From Longimicrobiales bacterium (GTDB lineage Bacteria > Gemmatimonadota > Gemmatimonadetes > Longimicrobiales > Gaopeijiaceae), in the NCBI GenBank assembly GCA_965249725.1, contig CBDFMQ010000002.1, positions 992,001-1,056,000 on the forward strand: a stretch of DNA of 64,000 nt, written 5' to 3'. Each line of letters starts with the position of its first letter. The first letter of the stretch is position 1. Positions 9,688-21,270 of this stretch are shown here, in pieces. The notes beneath the pieces are model-generated. The model was given only the letters and a program-made list of their open reading frames with translations. It was not told where the DNA came from and did not search any database. Both the position numbers and the translations under genes were made by a program.

Positions 9688-10967
9688 CGATCCATTATCC
9701 TCGCCATCAAGTCCGCCTGGGCCACCACCTTGCCATCCACACGTCCCACCCCTCGGATCTTGCACACGTTCCTGCGGAACTGGACCATCTCGACCTCGAA
9801 TACCAACTGGTCACCCGGAATGACCGGCTTTCTCCACTTCACCTTATCCAGTGACATGAAGTAGACGACCTTGTCCTCCGGGTCGGCCACGGTATCCATC
9901 AACAAAAGCCCGCCGACCTGCGCCATCGCCTCGATGATCAACACGCCCGGCATGATGGGGTGTCCCGGAAAGTGCCCCTGAAAGAAGGGCTCGTTGATCG
10001 TCACATTCTTGATGCCGACGATCCTCTTGCCCGACTCGAACTCCAGAACCCGATCCACCAGCAGGAACGGATACCGGTGGGGCAAATACTCCATGATTCG
10101 TTCGACTTCCACGGGGTACGTTGACCCTCCCTTCTGCGTATGATCTTTCAACGCCTTGGCTAGAGCGATGTTCCCTTGGTGGCTAGGCCTCTCCGACACG
10201 ATGTGTCCCTGAACCCTCCCCCCGATCAGGGCCAGATCACCGATCAGATCACCGACCTTGTGGCGGAGGAACTCGTCGTCGAACCGAAGGTCGTCGTTCA
10301 TCACGCCGTCGTCGTTCAGGACGATGGTGTTGTCGAGCGAAGCCCCCATGGCGAGTCCCCGGGCTTGCAGCGCCTCCGCATCTCGGTGGAAGCCAAACGT
10401 GCGTGCGGGTGCAATCTCGCTCAGAAAGGCCTCTTGGGTGACGTCGAAGGTGCCGAACTGGCGGCCGATGACCTCGTGCTCGAAGTCGATGGTGGCCGAA
10501 ATGCGTAGGTCTTCTGCCGGGGACGCCACGTAAGAGGCCCCCGTCTCCACACTCACGGTGACCGGTTTCGTGATGACTCTGACCTCGGCGGGCTCGTCTA
10601 GGTCGACGGGGCCCGTGTCCAGGATGGCGTCCAAGTACCGCTGAAAGCTGCCGTCGAGAATCGGCGGTTCGGGACCACTGAGTTCGAGAATGGCATTGTC
10701 GACACACGCCGCCGCCAAAGCCGCCATGACGTGCTCGACCGTGAGGACCGTCACGTCTCCTGTCCCCAGGCTCGTCCCCAGATCCGTCCCGACTACGTGG
10801 TCCAGGTCTGCGGGCACCTCGGGTGAACCGTCCAAGTCGACGCGCCGAAAGCGGATCCCGCCGCCTTCGGCCGGCTTCATCGTCAGCGTCGCGGGCAGTC
10901 CGGAGTGCACACCGATGCCCTGCAGGGCTCTCTCGCCGCCCAATGTGCGCTGTTTGGGACAGTCCAT
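9684..10967 (-). CDS. lpxC-fabZ: Bifunctional LpxC deacetylase / FabZ dehydratase
   Basis: TVEH, ARTFG and HKVGDLIGD (LpxC) fused to [11 protein letters not shown] and [11 protein letters not shown] (FabZ). Confidence 0.95.
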   Translation of the reverse strand: MDCPKQRTLGGERALQGIGVHSGLPATLTMKPAEGGGIRFRRVDLDGSPEVPADLDHVVGTDLGTSLGTGDVTVLTVEHVMAALAAACVDNAILELSGPEPPILDGSFQRYLDAILDTGPVDLDEPAEVRVITKPVTVSVETGASYVASPAEDLRISATIDFEHEVIGRQFGTFDVTQEAFLSEIAPARTFGFHRDAEALQARGLAMGASLDNTIVLNDDGVMNDDLRFDDEFLRHKVGDLIGDLALIGGRVQGHIVSERPSHQGNIALAKALKDHTQKGGSTYPVEVERIMEYLPHRYPFLLVDRVLEFESGKRIVGIKNVTINEPFFQGHFPGHPIMPGVLIIEAMAQVGGLLLMDTVADPEDKVVYFMSLDKVKWRKPVIPGDQLVFEVEMVQFRRNVCKIRGVGRVDGKVVAQADLMARIMDR

Positions 10968-11096
10968 GCAGCGGGCCTCGCCTTAACAGGCCGCATCGCT
11001 CGCAGCCCCGTCGTATTGGATCCCCTCGGGCTAGCTGAAGCCGTTCAGGGGTGTCGCAGGTACAGCGGAAAACATAACGAGATTGAAGAGACCATT

Positions 11097-12155
11097 CTAT
11101 TCGGAGGCTTCTTCGGCTCGGCCCAACTCCAGGGCCCTCTCCATTCGCCGCACGCGTTGACGGAGTTCAGCGAGCCGGTACATCGCCGCCGTGGCCTTGT
11201 GGAAGTCACTGATGGGCCTGGCGGGGTAGCCGGCCACCGTGTTCCCAGCGGCCAGGTCCTCTGTGACGCCGGCCTGGGCCGCCACCCTGGCTCCGTCCCC
11301 GACTACGATGTGATCCGCGGCGCCCGACTGCCCTCCCCACATGGTTCCGGCCCCGATCGAGGTCGAACCCGCGACCCCGACCTGGCCCGCAAGAAAGCTG
11401 TCCGGGCCCACGCTCACGTTGTGGCCGATGTGGACAAGGTTGTCGAGCTTGGTTCGGCTGCCGAGCTCGGTGCGGCCGATGGACCCCCGATCGATGCAGC
11501 TGTTCGCGCCGATCTCGACGTCGTCGCCGATCACGCACAGACCCACGTGCGGGATCTTCGTGGGTCCGTCCTCACCCGGCGTGTATCCGAATCCATCGAC
11601 GCCGACACGTACACCGGAGTGAAGCACGACTCGCTCACCGACCAGCACCTGAGGATAGAGCACGACGTGGGGGTGCAGGACGGAGTCGGCTCCGACCCTC
11701 GCGCCCTCCCGTACCACGACGTGCGAATGGAGGGTGACCCGGTCACCGAGGACTACTCCGTCCTCGACCACGACGTAGGGGCCCACACTTACGTCGGCCC
11801 CGAGTCGCACCCCTTCGCCGATCACGGCCGTGGTGTGGATGCCGGGCCGGTGGGGCGGGTCGGGATGGAAGTGGCCCAAGAGTACCGCCATGGCCTGGCG
11901 CGGATCCTCGACGACCAGACGATTCGGCACCTCTGTCGCCTGCGCGTCCAATTCCTCGGAAACCAGGAGGGCGCCCGCTTCGGTCCGTGACAGCGCATCC
12001 ACGTATCGGTGATCCGCCAGCAGCCCCAACTCGGTGGGTCCGGCGTGACCGAGCGTAGCGATCCCGTCTATGGGTAGGTCGACATCACCCACGGCACGTC
12101 CGCCCACGAGCGACGCCAGATCGCCCAGGGTGTGCTGCGGAGGGCCGGACGCCAC
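11097..12155 (-). CDS. lpxD: UDP-3-O-acylglucosamine N-acyltransferase
   Basis: Hexapeptide repeats, DGFGY and KLDNLVHIGHN motifs. Confidence 0.95.
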   Translation of the reverse strand: MASGPPQHTLGDLASLVGGRAVGDVDLPIDGIATLGHAGPTELGLLADHRYVDALSRTEAGALLVSEELDAQATEVPNRLVVEDPRQAMAVLLGHFHPDPPHRPGIHTTAVIGEGVRLGADVSVGPYVVVEDGVVLGDRVTLHSHVVVREGARVGADSVLHPHVVLYPQVLVGERVVLHSGVRVGVDGFGYTPGEDGPTKIPHVGLCVIGDDVEIGANSCIDRGSIGRTELGSRTKLDNLVHIGHNVSVGPDSFLAGQVGVAGSTSIGAGTMWGGQSGAADHIVVGDGARVAAQAGVTEDLAAGNTVAGYPARPISDFHKATAAMYRLAELRQRVRRMERALELGRAEEASE

Positions 12156-12158
12156 GGA

Positions 12159-12680
12159 TCAGCCTCCTTGGGCCAACCTCTGAATCACGGTGTCCGTCAG
12201 GTCCAGCGCTTCGTCGGCCGCGATCAGGCCTCCCGCCGAGACGTCGAAGATGAAGTTATAGGACCCTTCTTCGCGTATGGTCTGGATGATGCTGTTGATG
12301 CGCTCCATGATCGGCGCCACCAGCTCTTGCTGGCGTCGAGAGGCCTCAGTCTCGATCTCCCCCATCCGAACCTGGTACTGCTGCTGCTTGATCCCGATCT
12401 CTTCCTGCCGGCTCCGTCGGACATCAGGGCTCAACGTGACCTGTTGTGCCTGATACCGATTCATCAATTCGCCGATCTCGGTCTCCAGAGCCTGAAGCTC
12501 GCTCTCGAGAGGAACCATCTCCCTCTGGAACTGCTCCTGGGCGGCCAGGGCAGCGGAGCTCTCGGCGACGATGGCCGACGAGTTGATGTAGCCGATCTTG
12601 AGGCCACCCTGTGCGGTCTGTGCGCTGACGGGGACACCCGCGAGAAGGAGGGCGCACATGGAAAGAAATACTCGTCGCAT
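12159..12680 (-). CDS. skp: Periplasmic chaperone Skp/OmpH
   Basis: Signal peptide, KIGYIN, coiled coil, DLTDTVI; directly follows bamA. Confidence 0.9.
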   Translation of the reverse strand: MRRVFLSMCALLLAGVPVSAQTAQGGLKIGYINSSAIVAESSAALAAQEQFQREMVPLESELQALETEIGELMNRYQAQQVTLSPDVRRSRQEEIGIKQQQYQVRMGEIETEASRRQQELVAPIMERINSIIQTIREEGSYNFIFDVSAGGLIAADEALDLTDTVIQRLAQGG

Positions 12681-12697
12681 AGTTTGGTACTCCCTGA

Positions 12698-15136
12698 TCA
12701 GAACCCGCCGCCACCGAGATTGAAGTGAAGCTGCCAACCGGGCTCCGGCTTGTCGAATCCATACGCGTAGTCCAGCCCGACCGGACCGAACGGTGTGACC
12801 AACAGAATCCCGATGCCCGCACCCCGATTCAACCGGCTCGGGTCCATCTCACGGGGATGACGCCAGACGTTACCGGCATCGAAGAAGAGCGACGCAGAAA
12901 GCTGGGCTCCCATTCGCAAGGCGAGCTCGGTGGTCATCGAGTAGAAGGCGGTACCGAGACGGTCGATGTCTAGAATCTCTCTGGACCGCTCCGCGAAGTA
13001 CCCCTCCGGCGTTACGGTCGTCTCGTCATACCCGCGAAGCTGCTCACCGAATTGGACTCCACCCATCCAGAACCGCTCGAAAGGAAAGGCCTCGCTGTTT
13101 CCCTGAATGGCACCCGTTCGAAGCGTCATTCCGAGCGCGAACGTGAGGCCCGAACCCGGCTGGTTCGGATCACCACCCGCGACCCCGACCGGAATCCACC
13201 AGGCGCCCTCGGCGGTCGTCTTGACGAATCGCCCGTCACCGCCCAGAGGCCCACCTGTAAGATCCAGGTTGAACGCCTGTCGCCCACCCACCGTCGGGAA
13301 TAGCGGGTGGTTCAGGGTCGAGCGCGTGATTCCGAAGGAAATCGTGCTCTGGGTCGCGGACGGCCGGCCGAAGAGCGACTGGTCGGACTGGGCGCTCTGG
13401 AGGGTGTATTTCGTCCGAGACAGGCCGTACCCGGCGAACAAACGTGTGAAGCGCGCGCCGGGAATCGGGAATCCGAAGCGGAGACCGACCCCTGCCCGCT
13501 TCCGACGACCCGACTGGAAGCTGATGAAGCGATCACGAGCGTTGAACACGTTGAGCGAGCCGCTGACGAGGCTCTCGCGGATCCCGGGATCGGAGTAGCT
13601 GAGAGTCTGGTTGTTCGCGAACCGTCCAAAATCCCACCGCACGCTGCCGGACTTGCCCTTCCCGAACAGGTTGGGCTGATCATAACCCACGAAACCGGCC
13701 ACCCCCGTACGGCCACCCACCGACGTGCCGAAGTTGATCGCTCCGGTGGGTTTTTCGACCACGTGGAAGGTCACATCGACGTCGCCATTTTGGTTGGGCA
13801 CGATGGCCGGGAACTCCATGGGCGCGTCGAAATAGCCGAGTGAAGAGATGCTCTGGTAGCTCTGAATGACACGTTCCTGCGAGTACACGTCTCCCGGGAG
13901 AACGAAGATCTTGTCCCGGATGACCCGCTCATACGTGTACTCATTGCCATCGATGTCCACCCTCGCGATATACGCCTGTTGGGCTTCCCGAATCGTCCAA
14001 CCCACGTTGACCGTCGCGGGCTCGCCGGGCTGTGCCGGATTGCGATTCACGTAGGGAACGATCTGAGAGTAGAGGTACCCCTCGTTCTGGTAGAGCGCCG
14101 CCACTTCCGCCGTAGCCGCCTGGAACGCGACGGAGTCGAAGACCGGGAGCTCGTCCTCGCCGAGAACGGTCGTAAACAAACCCGCGTCGTCCGGCTCGAA
14201 GTACCCCTCCAGCCGATCCGTGGCGAACTCCCGGTTTCCGGTGATGGAGAAGTCGGCGAGGTGATACTCCGTCCCCTCATCGACCGTCAACTCGATACGC
14301 GTCTTGCCGGTGGTCGGATCGATGACGAGCGAATCACCCAGAACCTGGAAGTCCAGATAGCCTCTCGCGGCATAGTAGGCCGGGAGGTGAACCGCGAGAT
14401 CCTCATCGAGCTTCGCACGGTCGTATGAGCCCGGACTCCACCACCAGAACCCCTCTGATTTCACGGACATGGCGCCTCTCAGGGCGCCATCGCCGAATAG
14501 CTCATTCCCCTCGAAGACGACGTCGGCGACGGTGATTCGGGTGCCCTCGGTCACGTCCAGGTAGAGCAGGATCTCCTTCTCGCGGTTCGTGATCGGCTCC
14601 TTACGCTCGACAATGTCGGCGAACGGAATCCCTTTCGAAGCCAACTTGGTGCGGATGTAGTCCTTCGCCGCCGCGATCCTCCCGGGCGAATAAGGCAAAC
14701 CCGCCCGGACCCCGGTACTGTCACCGACCTCGTCGGCGTCGGCATTCTCCAAGCCCCGAAAGATCACGTTGCGCACGAGGTCCTGCTCTTCGAGCTCCCA
14801 CACGAGTGTGACGTGGTCCCCGACGTTGCCTTCGATGTGGGCGGTGATGTCCGCGAACTGCCCAGATGCCCACAGATCCTTGGCGGCCTTCTGGATGTCG
14901 AAGATGGTGTAGGAACTGCCTCGATTGATGCCCGACATCGAGATGATGGTGATCTCCGCCAGGCGCACATTGCCCTGTACCGACACCGAATCGATGAGAA
15001 TGGGCCCAACGGAGGTGTCCTGCTGTGCCTGGGCGCCGACCGGGAGTGCGAGCACGATCAACAGGGCCGCACGCACCCAGAGCGGTCTCACGGCCCTGAA
15101 AATCGGTTTGAACAGGGGTCTGGCTCCGCCCGTCAC
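12698..15136 (-). CDS. bamA: Outer membrane protein assembly factor
   Basis: POTRA repeats, LRGY motif, C-terminal TPFGPVGLDYAYG...F. Confidence 0.95.
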   Translation of the reverse strand: MTGGARPLFKPIFRAVRPLWVRAALLIVLALPVGAQAQQDTSVGPILIDSVSVQGNVRLAEITIISMSGINRGSSYTIFDIQKAAKDLWASGQFADITAHIEGNVGDHVTLVWELEEQDLVRNVIFRGLENADADEVGDSTGVRAGLPYSPGRIAAAKDYIRTKLASKGIPFADIVERKEPITNREKEILLYLDVTEGTRITVADVVFEGNELFGDGALRGAMSVKSEGFWWWSPGSYDRAKLDEDLAVHLPAYYAARGYLDFQVLGDSLVIDPTTGKTRIELTVDEGTEYHLADFSITGNREFATDRLEGYFEPDDAGLFTTVLGEDELPVFDSVAFQAATAEVAALYQNEGYLYSQIVPYVNRNPAQPGEPATVNVGWTIREAQQAYIARVDIDGNEYTYERVIRDKIFVLPGDVYSQERVIQSYQSISSLGYFDAPMEFPAIVPNQNGDVDVTFHVVEKPTGAINFGTSVGGRTGVAGFVGYDQPNLFGKGKSGSVRWDFGRFANNQTLSYSDPGIRESLVSGSLNVFNARDRFISFQSGRRKRAGVGLRFGFPIPGARFTRLFAGYGLSRTKYTLQSAQSDQSLFGRPSATQSTISFGITRSTLNHPLFPTVGGRQAFNLDLTGGPLGGDGRFVKTTAEGAWWIPVGVAGGDPNQPGSGLTFALGMTLRTGAIQGNSEAFPFERFWMGGVQFGEQLRGYDETTVTPEGYFAERSREILDIDRLGTAFYSMTTELALRMGAQLSASLFFDAGNVWRHPREMDPSRLNRGAGIGILLVTPFGPVGLDYAYGFDKPEPGWQLHFNLGGGGF

Positions 15137-17616
15137 GTCTTGCTCTGTGAGGCCACGGCCAAACTCAGCGCCTCTCCGTCGTCGGCCACATCGACGACGA
15201 TCTCGTCACCGGCCGAGAAATCCGCCGTCAGGATACGCTCTGAGAGGGGATCCTCGAGATACCGCTGGATGGCCCGCTTGAGGGGACGCGCCCCGAACTT
15301 TTCGTCGTAGCCCTTGCCCACGAGGAAGTCGATGGCCTCATCCGAGAGGGTCACGCTCAGTTCTTCTTCGGCCAGACGCCCGCTGATGTCCCTCAGCAGG
15401 ATGTGGACGATCTGTCCGATCTCTTCGCGGCTCAGGGTGTGGAACACGATCGTGTCATCCACCCTGTTCAGGAACTCCGGATTGAACGCCCTCTCGATCT
15501 CGGCGCGTACCTTCTCCTGCATCACGTCGTAGGACGACTTGGCATCGTTGTCATGGAACCCGAGGCTTCCACCTTTCGAGATATCGCGACCACCCAGGTT
15601 GGAGGTCATGATGAGCACGGTGTTCTTGAAGTCGATCACGCGCCCGTAGTTGTCCGTGAGATGCCCTTCGTCGAGCACCTGTAACAGGATGTTGAAGACG
15701 TCGGGGTGGGCCTTTTCGATCTCGTCGAGCAGCACGACGGAATAGGGCCGGCGACGCACCGCCTTGGTGAGTGCTCCGGAATCCTCGTAGCCGACGTAGC
15801 CCGGAGGCGCGCCGATCAGTCGCGAGACGGAGAACTTCTCCATGTACTCGCTCATGTCCACCCGGATCAACGCGTCACGATCCGCAAACAAGAACTCGGC
15901 AAGCGCTCGGGCCAATTCGGTCTTACCGACCCCGGTGGGACCGGAGAAGATGAACGAACCGATGGGGCGGTCTGGGTCCTTCAACCCGGCCCGGCTCCTC
16001 CTGATGGCCCTGGCGATGGCGGTAATGGCGTTGTCCTGGCCCACCACCCTCTTGTGAAGCTCCTCCTCCATGTGGACCAGGCGATCGGTCTCGGCCTGCT
16101 GAAGCCGGGTGACCGGAATACCGGTCCAGCGGCTCACGATGAAGGCCACGTCCTCGATCGCGATTTCTGGGCGATGGCGCTTGCGCTCCTCTTCCCAGTC
16201 GTCCTGCTCGGCCCGGATCTTCTCCTGCAGCGCTCTCTCCTCGTCGCGGAGCTCGGCAGCGCGCTCGAAGTCCTGGTCGCGAATCGCACCTTCCTTGCGG
16301 TCGGCGATCTCGGCCAACTCGTCCTTGAGTTCCTCGACCTGAGGAGGAGGCACCTGCGCGGCGATCCGAGCCCGGGCCCCGGCCTCGTCGATCACGTCGA
16401 TCGCCTTGTCGGGAAGGAACCGATCCGTGATGTAGCGATCCGAGAGCTTGGCGGCCTGCTTGACCGCATCATCGGGAATGATGACCCGGTGGTGCTCCTC
16501 GTAGTGCGTACGCAGGCCCTGCAGAATGTCGACCGTCTCGTCCACCGAAGGCGGATCGACGATGACCGGCTGGAAGCGACGCTCGAGAGCACCGTCCTTC
16601 TCGATGTACTTCCTGTACTCGTTGAGAGTCGAGGCCCCGATGCACTGCAGTTCGCCCCTCGAGAGCGACGGCTTCAACATGTTGGAGGCGTCGATGGCTC
16701 CCTCGGCGGCCCCTGCCCCCACAAGCGTGTGCAACTCGTCGATGAACAACACCACGCTCTTGTTCTGCGAGATCTCGTTCATCACCGCCTTGAGACGTTC
16801 TTCGAACTGACCCCGGTACTTGGTACCGGCGATCACCGCAGCCATGTCCAAGGCCAATACCCGGTGGTCCTTCAGGGAGTCGGTGACCTCGTTACGGGAG
16901 ATCAGCTGCGCGAGCCCTTCCACGATGGCGGTCTTGCCGACGCCGGGTTCGCCGATGAGTACCGGGTTGTTCTTCTTCCGGCGGCAGAGGATCTCTACCA
17001 CCCGCTCGATTTCGGTAGCACGTCCAATGGTGGGATCCAGCTTCCCCTGACGGGCCAGGTCGGTCAGATCTCTGCAGAAGTGATCGAGGGCCGGGGTCTT
17101 GGACTTCTTCTCGCCCTTGCCCGTCGGCGGTGTAGCCGGCGCTCCCCCGCCGATACCGGCCGGCTCGGAGGGCCCGACGTCCGACCCCAGGACCTTGAGA
17201 GTCTCGGCGCGGGCCTCTTCCATGCTGACGCCGAGAGAGTTGAGGACCTGGGCGGCGATGCCCTTTTCCTCCCGCAGGAGCCCGAGGAGCAGATGCTCCG
17301 TGCCCACGTAGGAGTGATTGAGCTCGCGGGCTTCGGCCATCGCGAATTCGAGGACTTTCTTCGCCCGGGACGTATAAGGCAGCTCCCCGAGCGCGATCGT
17401 CGCCTTACCCTTCTTGACCGACTCCTCGACCTGATCGTGAATCTGATCGAGATCCACGTTGAGGTTGGTGAGGACCGCAGCGGCCACACCTTCACCCTCC
17501 CGGATGAGTCCCAGGAGTATGTGCTCGGTGCCCACATAGTCGTGCTGCAGCCTTATGGCCTCTTCCCGGGCCATGGCGAGCACTTTTCTGACGCGATCGG
17601 TAAAGTTGTAGTTCAT
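15133..17616 (-). CDS. clpC: ClpC AAA+ unfoldase
   Basis: Two Clp-N repeats, Walker A motifs GEPGVGKT and [11 protein letters not shown] middle domain, LGF ClpP-docking loop. Confidence 0.95.
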   Translation of the reverse strand: MNYNFTDRVRKVLAMAREEAIRLQHDYVGTEHILLGLIREGEGVAAAVLTNLNVDLDQIHDQVEESVKKGKATIALGELPYTSRAKKVLEFAMAEARELNHSYVGTEHLLLGLLREEKGIAAQVLNSLGVSMEEARAETLKVLGSDVGPSEPAGIGGGAPATPPTGKGEKKSKTPALDHFCRDLTDLARQGKLDPTIGRATEIERVVEILCRRKKNNPVLIGEPGVGKTAIVEGLAQLISRNEVTDSLKDHRVLALDMAAVIAGTKYRGQFEERLKAVMNEISQNKSVVLFIDELHTLVGAGAAEGAIDASNMLKPSLSRGELQCIGASTLNEYRKYIEKDGALERRFQPVIVDPPSVDETVDILQGLRTHYEEHHRVIIPDDAVKQAAKLSDRYITDRFLPDKAIDVIDEAGARARIAAQVPPPQVEELKDELAEIADRKEGAIRDQDFERAAELRDEERALQEKIRAEQDDWEEERKRHRPEIAIEDVAFIVSRWTGIPVTRLQQAETDRLVHMEEELHKRVVGQDNAITAIARAIRRSRAGLKDPDRPIGSFIFSGPTGVGKTELARALAEFLFADRDALIRVDMSEYMEKFSVSRLIGAPPGYVGYEDSGALTKAVRRRPYSVVLLDEIEKAHPDVFNILLQVLDEGHLTDNYGRVIDFKNTVLIMTSNLGGRDISKGGSLGFHDNDAKSSYDVMQEKVRAEIERAFNPEFLNRVDDTIVFHTLSREEIGQIVHILLRDISGRLAEEELSVTLSDEAIDFLVGKGYDEKFGARPLKRAIQRYLEDPLSERILTADFSAGDEIVVDVADDGEALSLAVASQSKT

Positions 17617-17628
17617 TCTGTCCGTTGG

Positions 17629-18750
17629 TTAGCCCTGAGTCGAGCCGTTCTCTCCAGTGTCCTCTTCGGGGGCCGCAGCCCCCTCCGTGGCGAGGATACG
17701 TCGCACATAAGCCGCCCTGTGAGCATCACACTCCGAGGGCGGCAGGTCCCGTCCAGCCGCCTGCTCCAAATGGGCAGTCTGGGTAAAAATCATCAATTTG
17801 TTCAGCGTATATACCCGAAGTTCCTGGAGGAGTTTCAGACCCACCCCAAGCCGAATCCCTGACAACAAATTCATCAATTCCTCAAATGAAAGCGACCTCG
17901 CGTATCTCAAGAGGCCATACGCACGCCAGATCTTGTCCTCCGTAACCTGAGGAGCGTCCCTCAGCAGCACCTGGCGTGCGTGGCTTTCATACTGGATCAC
18001 CTGGCGTGCGATCTTGTCGAGATGTTCGACCAAATCTTCTTCACTCTTACCCAACGTGGTCTGGTTCGAGATCTGGAAGAAATTGCCCACCACTTCGGAT
18101 CCCTCACCGTACAGACCCCGGAAGGTGAGGCCGACCTGCCCCAGCCCCTGCAGGACCTTCCCGATCTCCTTGGTCAGGACCAGCCCCGGAAGGTGCACCA
18201 AGACGGACGCACGCATGCCGCTCCCGACGTTGGTCGGGCAGCTCGTCAGAAAGCCGAACTCGTGGTGGTACGCAAAAGGCAGTTCCTGGCCCAATTCCTC
18301 GTCTAGGCGATCGGCAAGATTCCACGCCTTCTTGAGTCGCAGGCCCGACACCAACCCTTGAATCCGAAGATGATCCTCCTCGTTGATCATGACGCTGAGT
18401 GGATCTTCCGAGGCCAGCAGTACCCCCGTGGCACGAGCCGGGCCCGTCTTCACGTCGCCGAGGAGCTCGCGAGAGGCAAGGCGTCGTTCGAGCAGGATCC
18501 TCCGGCTCCGATGATCGAGCTCGAGCAGCTCCAGCAGCGTGGACCCGCTCAGCAGGCCGACCTTCGCGGCGGCGCGCTTGGTCTGTTCGAGTACCGCCTC
18601 CCGATCGTTGACCCGTGCCCTCGGCCCGAACGCATGTCCCTGGAGATTTCGGGCAAGCCGGACCCGCGTCGAAAGCACGACATCGGAATGGTCTCCGCTG
18701 GCATCCAGCCAACCGAGCCCGTAGTCGGGAAGCGCCGGTAGGTGTGTCAT
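17629..18750 (-). CDS. mcsB: Protein arginine kinase
   Basis: STRVRLARN, NEEDHLR and TSCPTNVGSG motifs; ATG at 18750. Confidence 0.93.
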   Translation of the reverse strand: MTHLPALPDYGLGWLDASGDHSDVVLSTRVRLARNLQGHAFGPRARVNDREAVLEQTKRAAAKVGLLSGSTLLELLELDHRSRRILLERRLASRELLGDVKTGPARATGVLLASEDPLSVMINEEDHLRIQGLVSGLRLKKAWNLADRLDEELGQELPFAYHHEFGFLTSCPTNVGSGMRASVLVHLPGLVLTKEIGKVLQGLGQVGLTFRGLYGEGSEVVGNFFQISNQTTLGKSEEDLVEHLDKIARQVIQYESHARQVLLRDAPQVTEDKIWRAYGLLRYARSLSFEELMNLLSGIRLGVGLKLLQELRVYTLNKLMIFTQTAHLEQAAGRDLPPSECDAHRAAYVRRILATEGAAAPEEDTGENGSTQG

Positions 18751-18757
18751 GTCGGAC

Positions 18758-19282
18758 TCAACCCCCTGCCGGTTCCATGGTACGGATCTTATCCCTGAGT
18801 TCCGCCGCCCGTTCGAAGTCTTCCGAGTCCACGGCCCGCTGCAGCTTGTGCCGCAGCACCTCGAGCTGCTTCTCCATGTCGGACGCCGCCGGATCGGGCG
18901 GAAGGTAGACCTTGCCCACGTGTTGGGTGCTGCCATGCACCCGACGGAGCAGTCCCCTCAAGTAGCTCTCGAAGGTGGTGTAGCAGTGTGGGCAGCCCAG
19001 GCGGCCGGCCTCGCGGAAGTCGTTGAACGTGAGTCCGCAGAACGAACACGATCCGAAGGACTCGGCGGGCTCCTGAGCGGAGGGCTCGTCACCGAGCTGG
19101 GCCAAGAATCCGGTCAGTGGAAGGTTGATCGAATCATCCGACCCCTCGACGCCCTTGGCGGCCGCACACTTCTCACACAGATGAGAGGTCGACATCTCAT
19201 CGTTCTCGATCTGCGTCAGGTGGACTACGGCGTCGCCTGATCCGCAGATCTCGCAGACCTCGCCGGATTCTTTGCTTTCCAC
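18758..19282 (-). CDS. mcsA: McsB activator (CxxC motifs plus UVR domain)
   Basis: Four CxxC motifs, [23 protein letters not shown]. Confidence 0.92.
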   Translation of the reverse strand: MESKESGEVCEICGSGDAVVHLTQIENDEMSTSHLCEKCAAAKGVEGSDDSINLPLTGFLAQLGDEPSAQEPAESFGSCSFCGLTFNDFREAGRLGCPHCYTTFESYLRGLLRRVHGSTQHVGKVYLPPDPAASDMEKQLEVLRHKLQRAVDSEDFERAAELRDKIRTMEPAGG

Positions 19283-19287
19283 CGTCT

Positions 19288-19989
<702 letters not shown>

Positions 19990-20004
19990 ACGCTCGAGTC
20001 CCCT

Positions 20005-21270
20005 CTACTCATGCCGGATCGCATCCACGGGCTGAAGCCTGGACGCCTGGAAGGCCGGATAGATCGTCGCCGTAAGCGCGATGAGGATGCTGATGCCCAC
20101 GATCATGGCGATGTCGGTCGCGTGGATCGAGATGGGGAGTCGATCCACGAAGTAGACGTCAGGCGGAATGCGAATGATCTCGTATGTGTCGACCAGCCAG
20201 GCAAGCGAGAGGCCGAGCGTGGTCCCCATCGCGGTCCCGATCACCCCGATCCAGAGGCCTTGGAGAATGAAGACCCGCAAGATCCGACGATCAGTCATAC
20301 CCATGGACTTCAGGATCCCGATTTCACGCGTCCGATCAACGACCACCATGACGAGCGTGCTGACGATGTTGAATGCCGCCACGACGACGATGAGCGTTAG
20401 GATCAGCCCCATGGCGAGCTTCTCGAGCTTGAGCGCCGAGAAGAGGGCGCGGTTCGTCGTACTCCAACTCACCGCGTAGAAGTCGAACCCCAACATGTCC
20501 TGGGTGGCCAGAGCCACCGCCGAAGCCTCATCCGGATCGTCCGTCCGGATGCCGAGCCCGGAGACCCGGTCCTCGTCCAAGATGCCGAGCTGATCCTGGG
20601 CAGCCTCGAGCGGCACGTAGATGTTCTTCATGTCGTAGTCGTACATGCCGGTGGTGAACGTGCCGGTCATCTCGTACTGCCGCATGCTCGGTGTGGGCAT
20701 ACCCATGACGTCCACCGTCAGATTCTCGAACGAGATGACCGTGAGTGTATCTCCCGAGAAGAGTTGCATGCGGGCCGCGAGGCGGCTCCCCACGATCACC
20801 GCCGGAAGTCCAGATTCGGTGGACCCCAGATCGTGGATCCCCTCCTGAATGCGGGCCTCCATGTCCGTGACGGGTGGCCCGTCCGGGTCGAGAGAGACCC
20901 CATACAGGTCGGCCGGCTGAGTGTATCCGGACCTGGAGACCGTCACGCTCGTGACCACGAAGGGCGCCACGCCCGAGACCCCTTCCACCTTACGGACTGA
21001 AGCGATCACTTCACGCCAATCGTCCATCCGAAGACTACTGCCCATCTGCTGCACCATCACATGAGGGGACGACTCGAGGATCTTCCCCATCAGGTCCTCC
21101 TGCATGCCGGTCATCACACCGATGACGATGACGAGGGCGCTGACCCCCACCGTCACCCCACCCAAGGCGATCCAGGTAATGAAGGAGAGCAGTCGCCCCC
21201 CGTGAGCGGACGACAGATAGTGGCGGGCGATGTACCACTCGAGACCGCCCGAGGACCGGCCCGGCATCAC
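20005..21270 (-). CDS. lolE: Lipoprotein-releasing ABC permease LolC/E (single gene)
   Basis: FtsX-type permease with AAFNIVSTLVM and REIGILKSMG motifs; adjacent to lolD. Confidence 0.88.
   Translation of the reverse strand: MMPGRSSGGLEWYIARHYLSSAHGGRLLSFITWIALGGVTVGVSALVIVIGVMTGMQEDLMGKILESSPHVMVQQMGSSLRMDDWREVIASVRKVEGVSGVAPFVVTSVTVSRSGYTQPADLYGVSLDPDGPPVTDMEARIQEGIHDLGSTESGLPAVIVGSRLAARMQLFSGDTLTVISFENLTVDVMGMPTPSMRQYEMTGTFTTGMYDYDMKNIYVPLEAAQDQLGILDEDRVSGLGIRTDDPDEASAVALATQDMLGFDFYAVSWSTTNRALFSALKLEKLAMGLILTLIVVVAAFNIVSTLVMVVVDRTREIGILKSMGMTDRRILRVFILQGLWIGVIGTAMGTTLGLSLAWLVDTYEIIRIPPDVYFVDRLPISIHATDIAMIVGISILIALTATIYPAFQASRLQPVDAIRHE

Noticed and set aside
15706..17862. 718-aa plus-strand ORF and other long antisense ORFs
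   Set aside because: Shadow frames of clpC and other genes in GC-rich DNA; no recognisable motifs.
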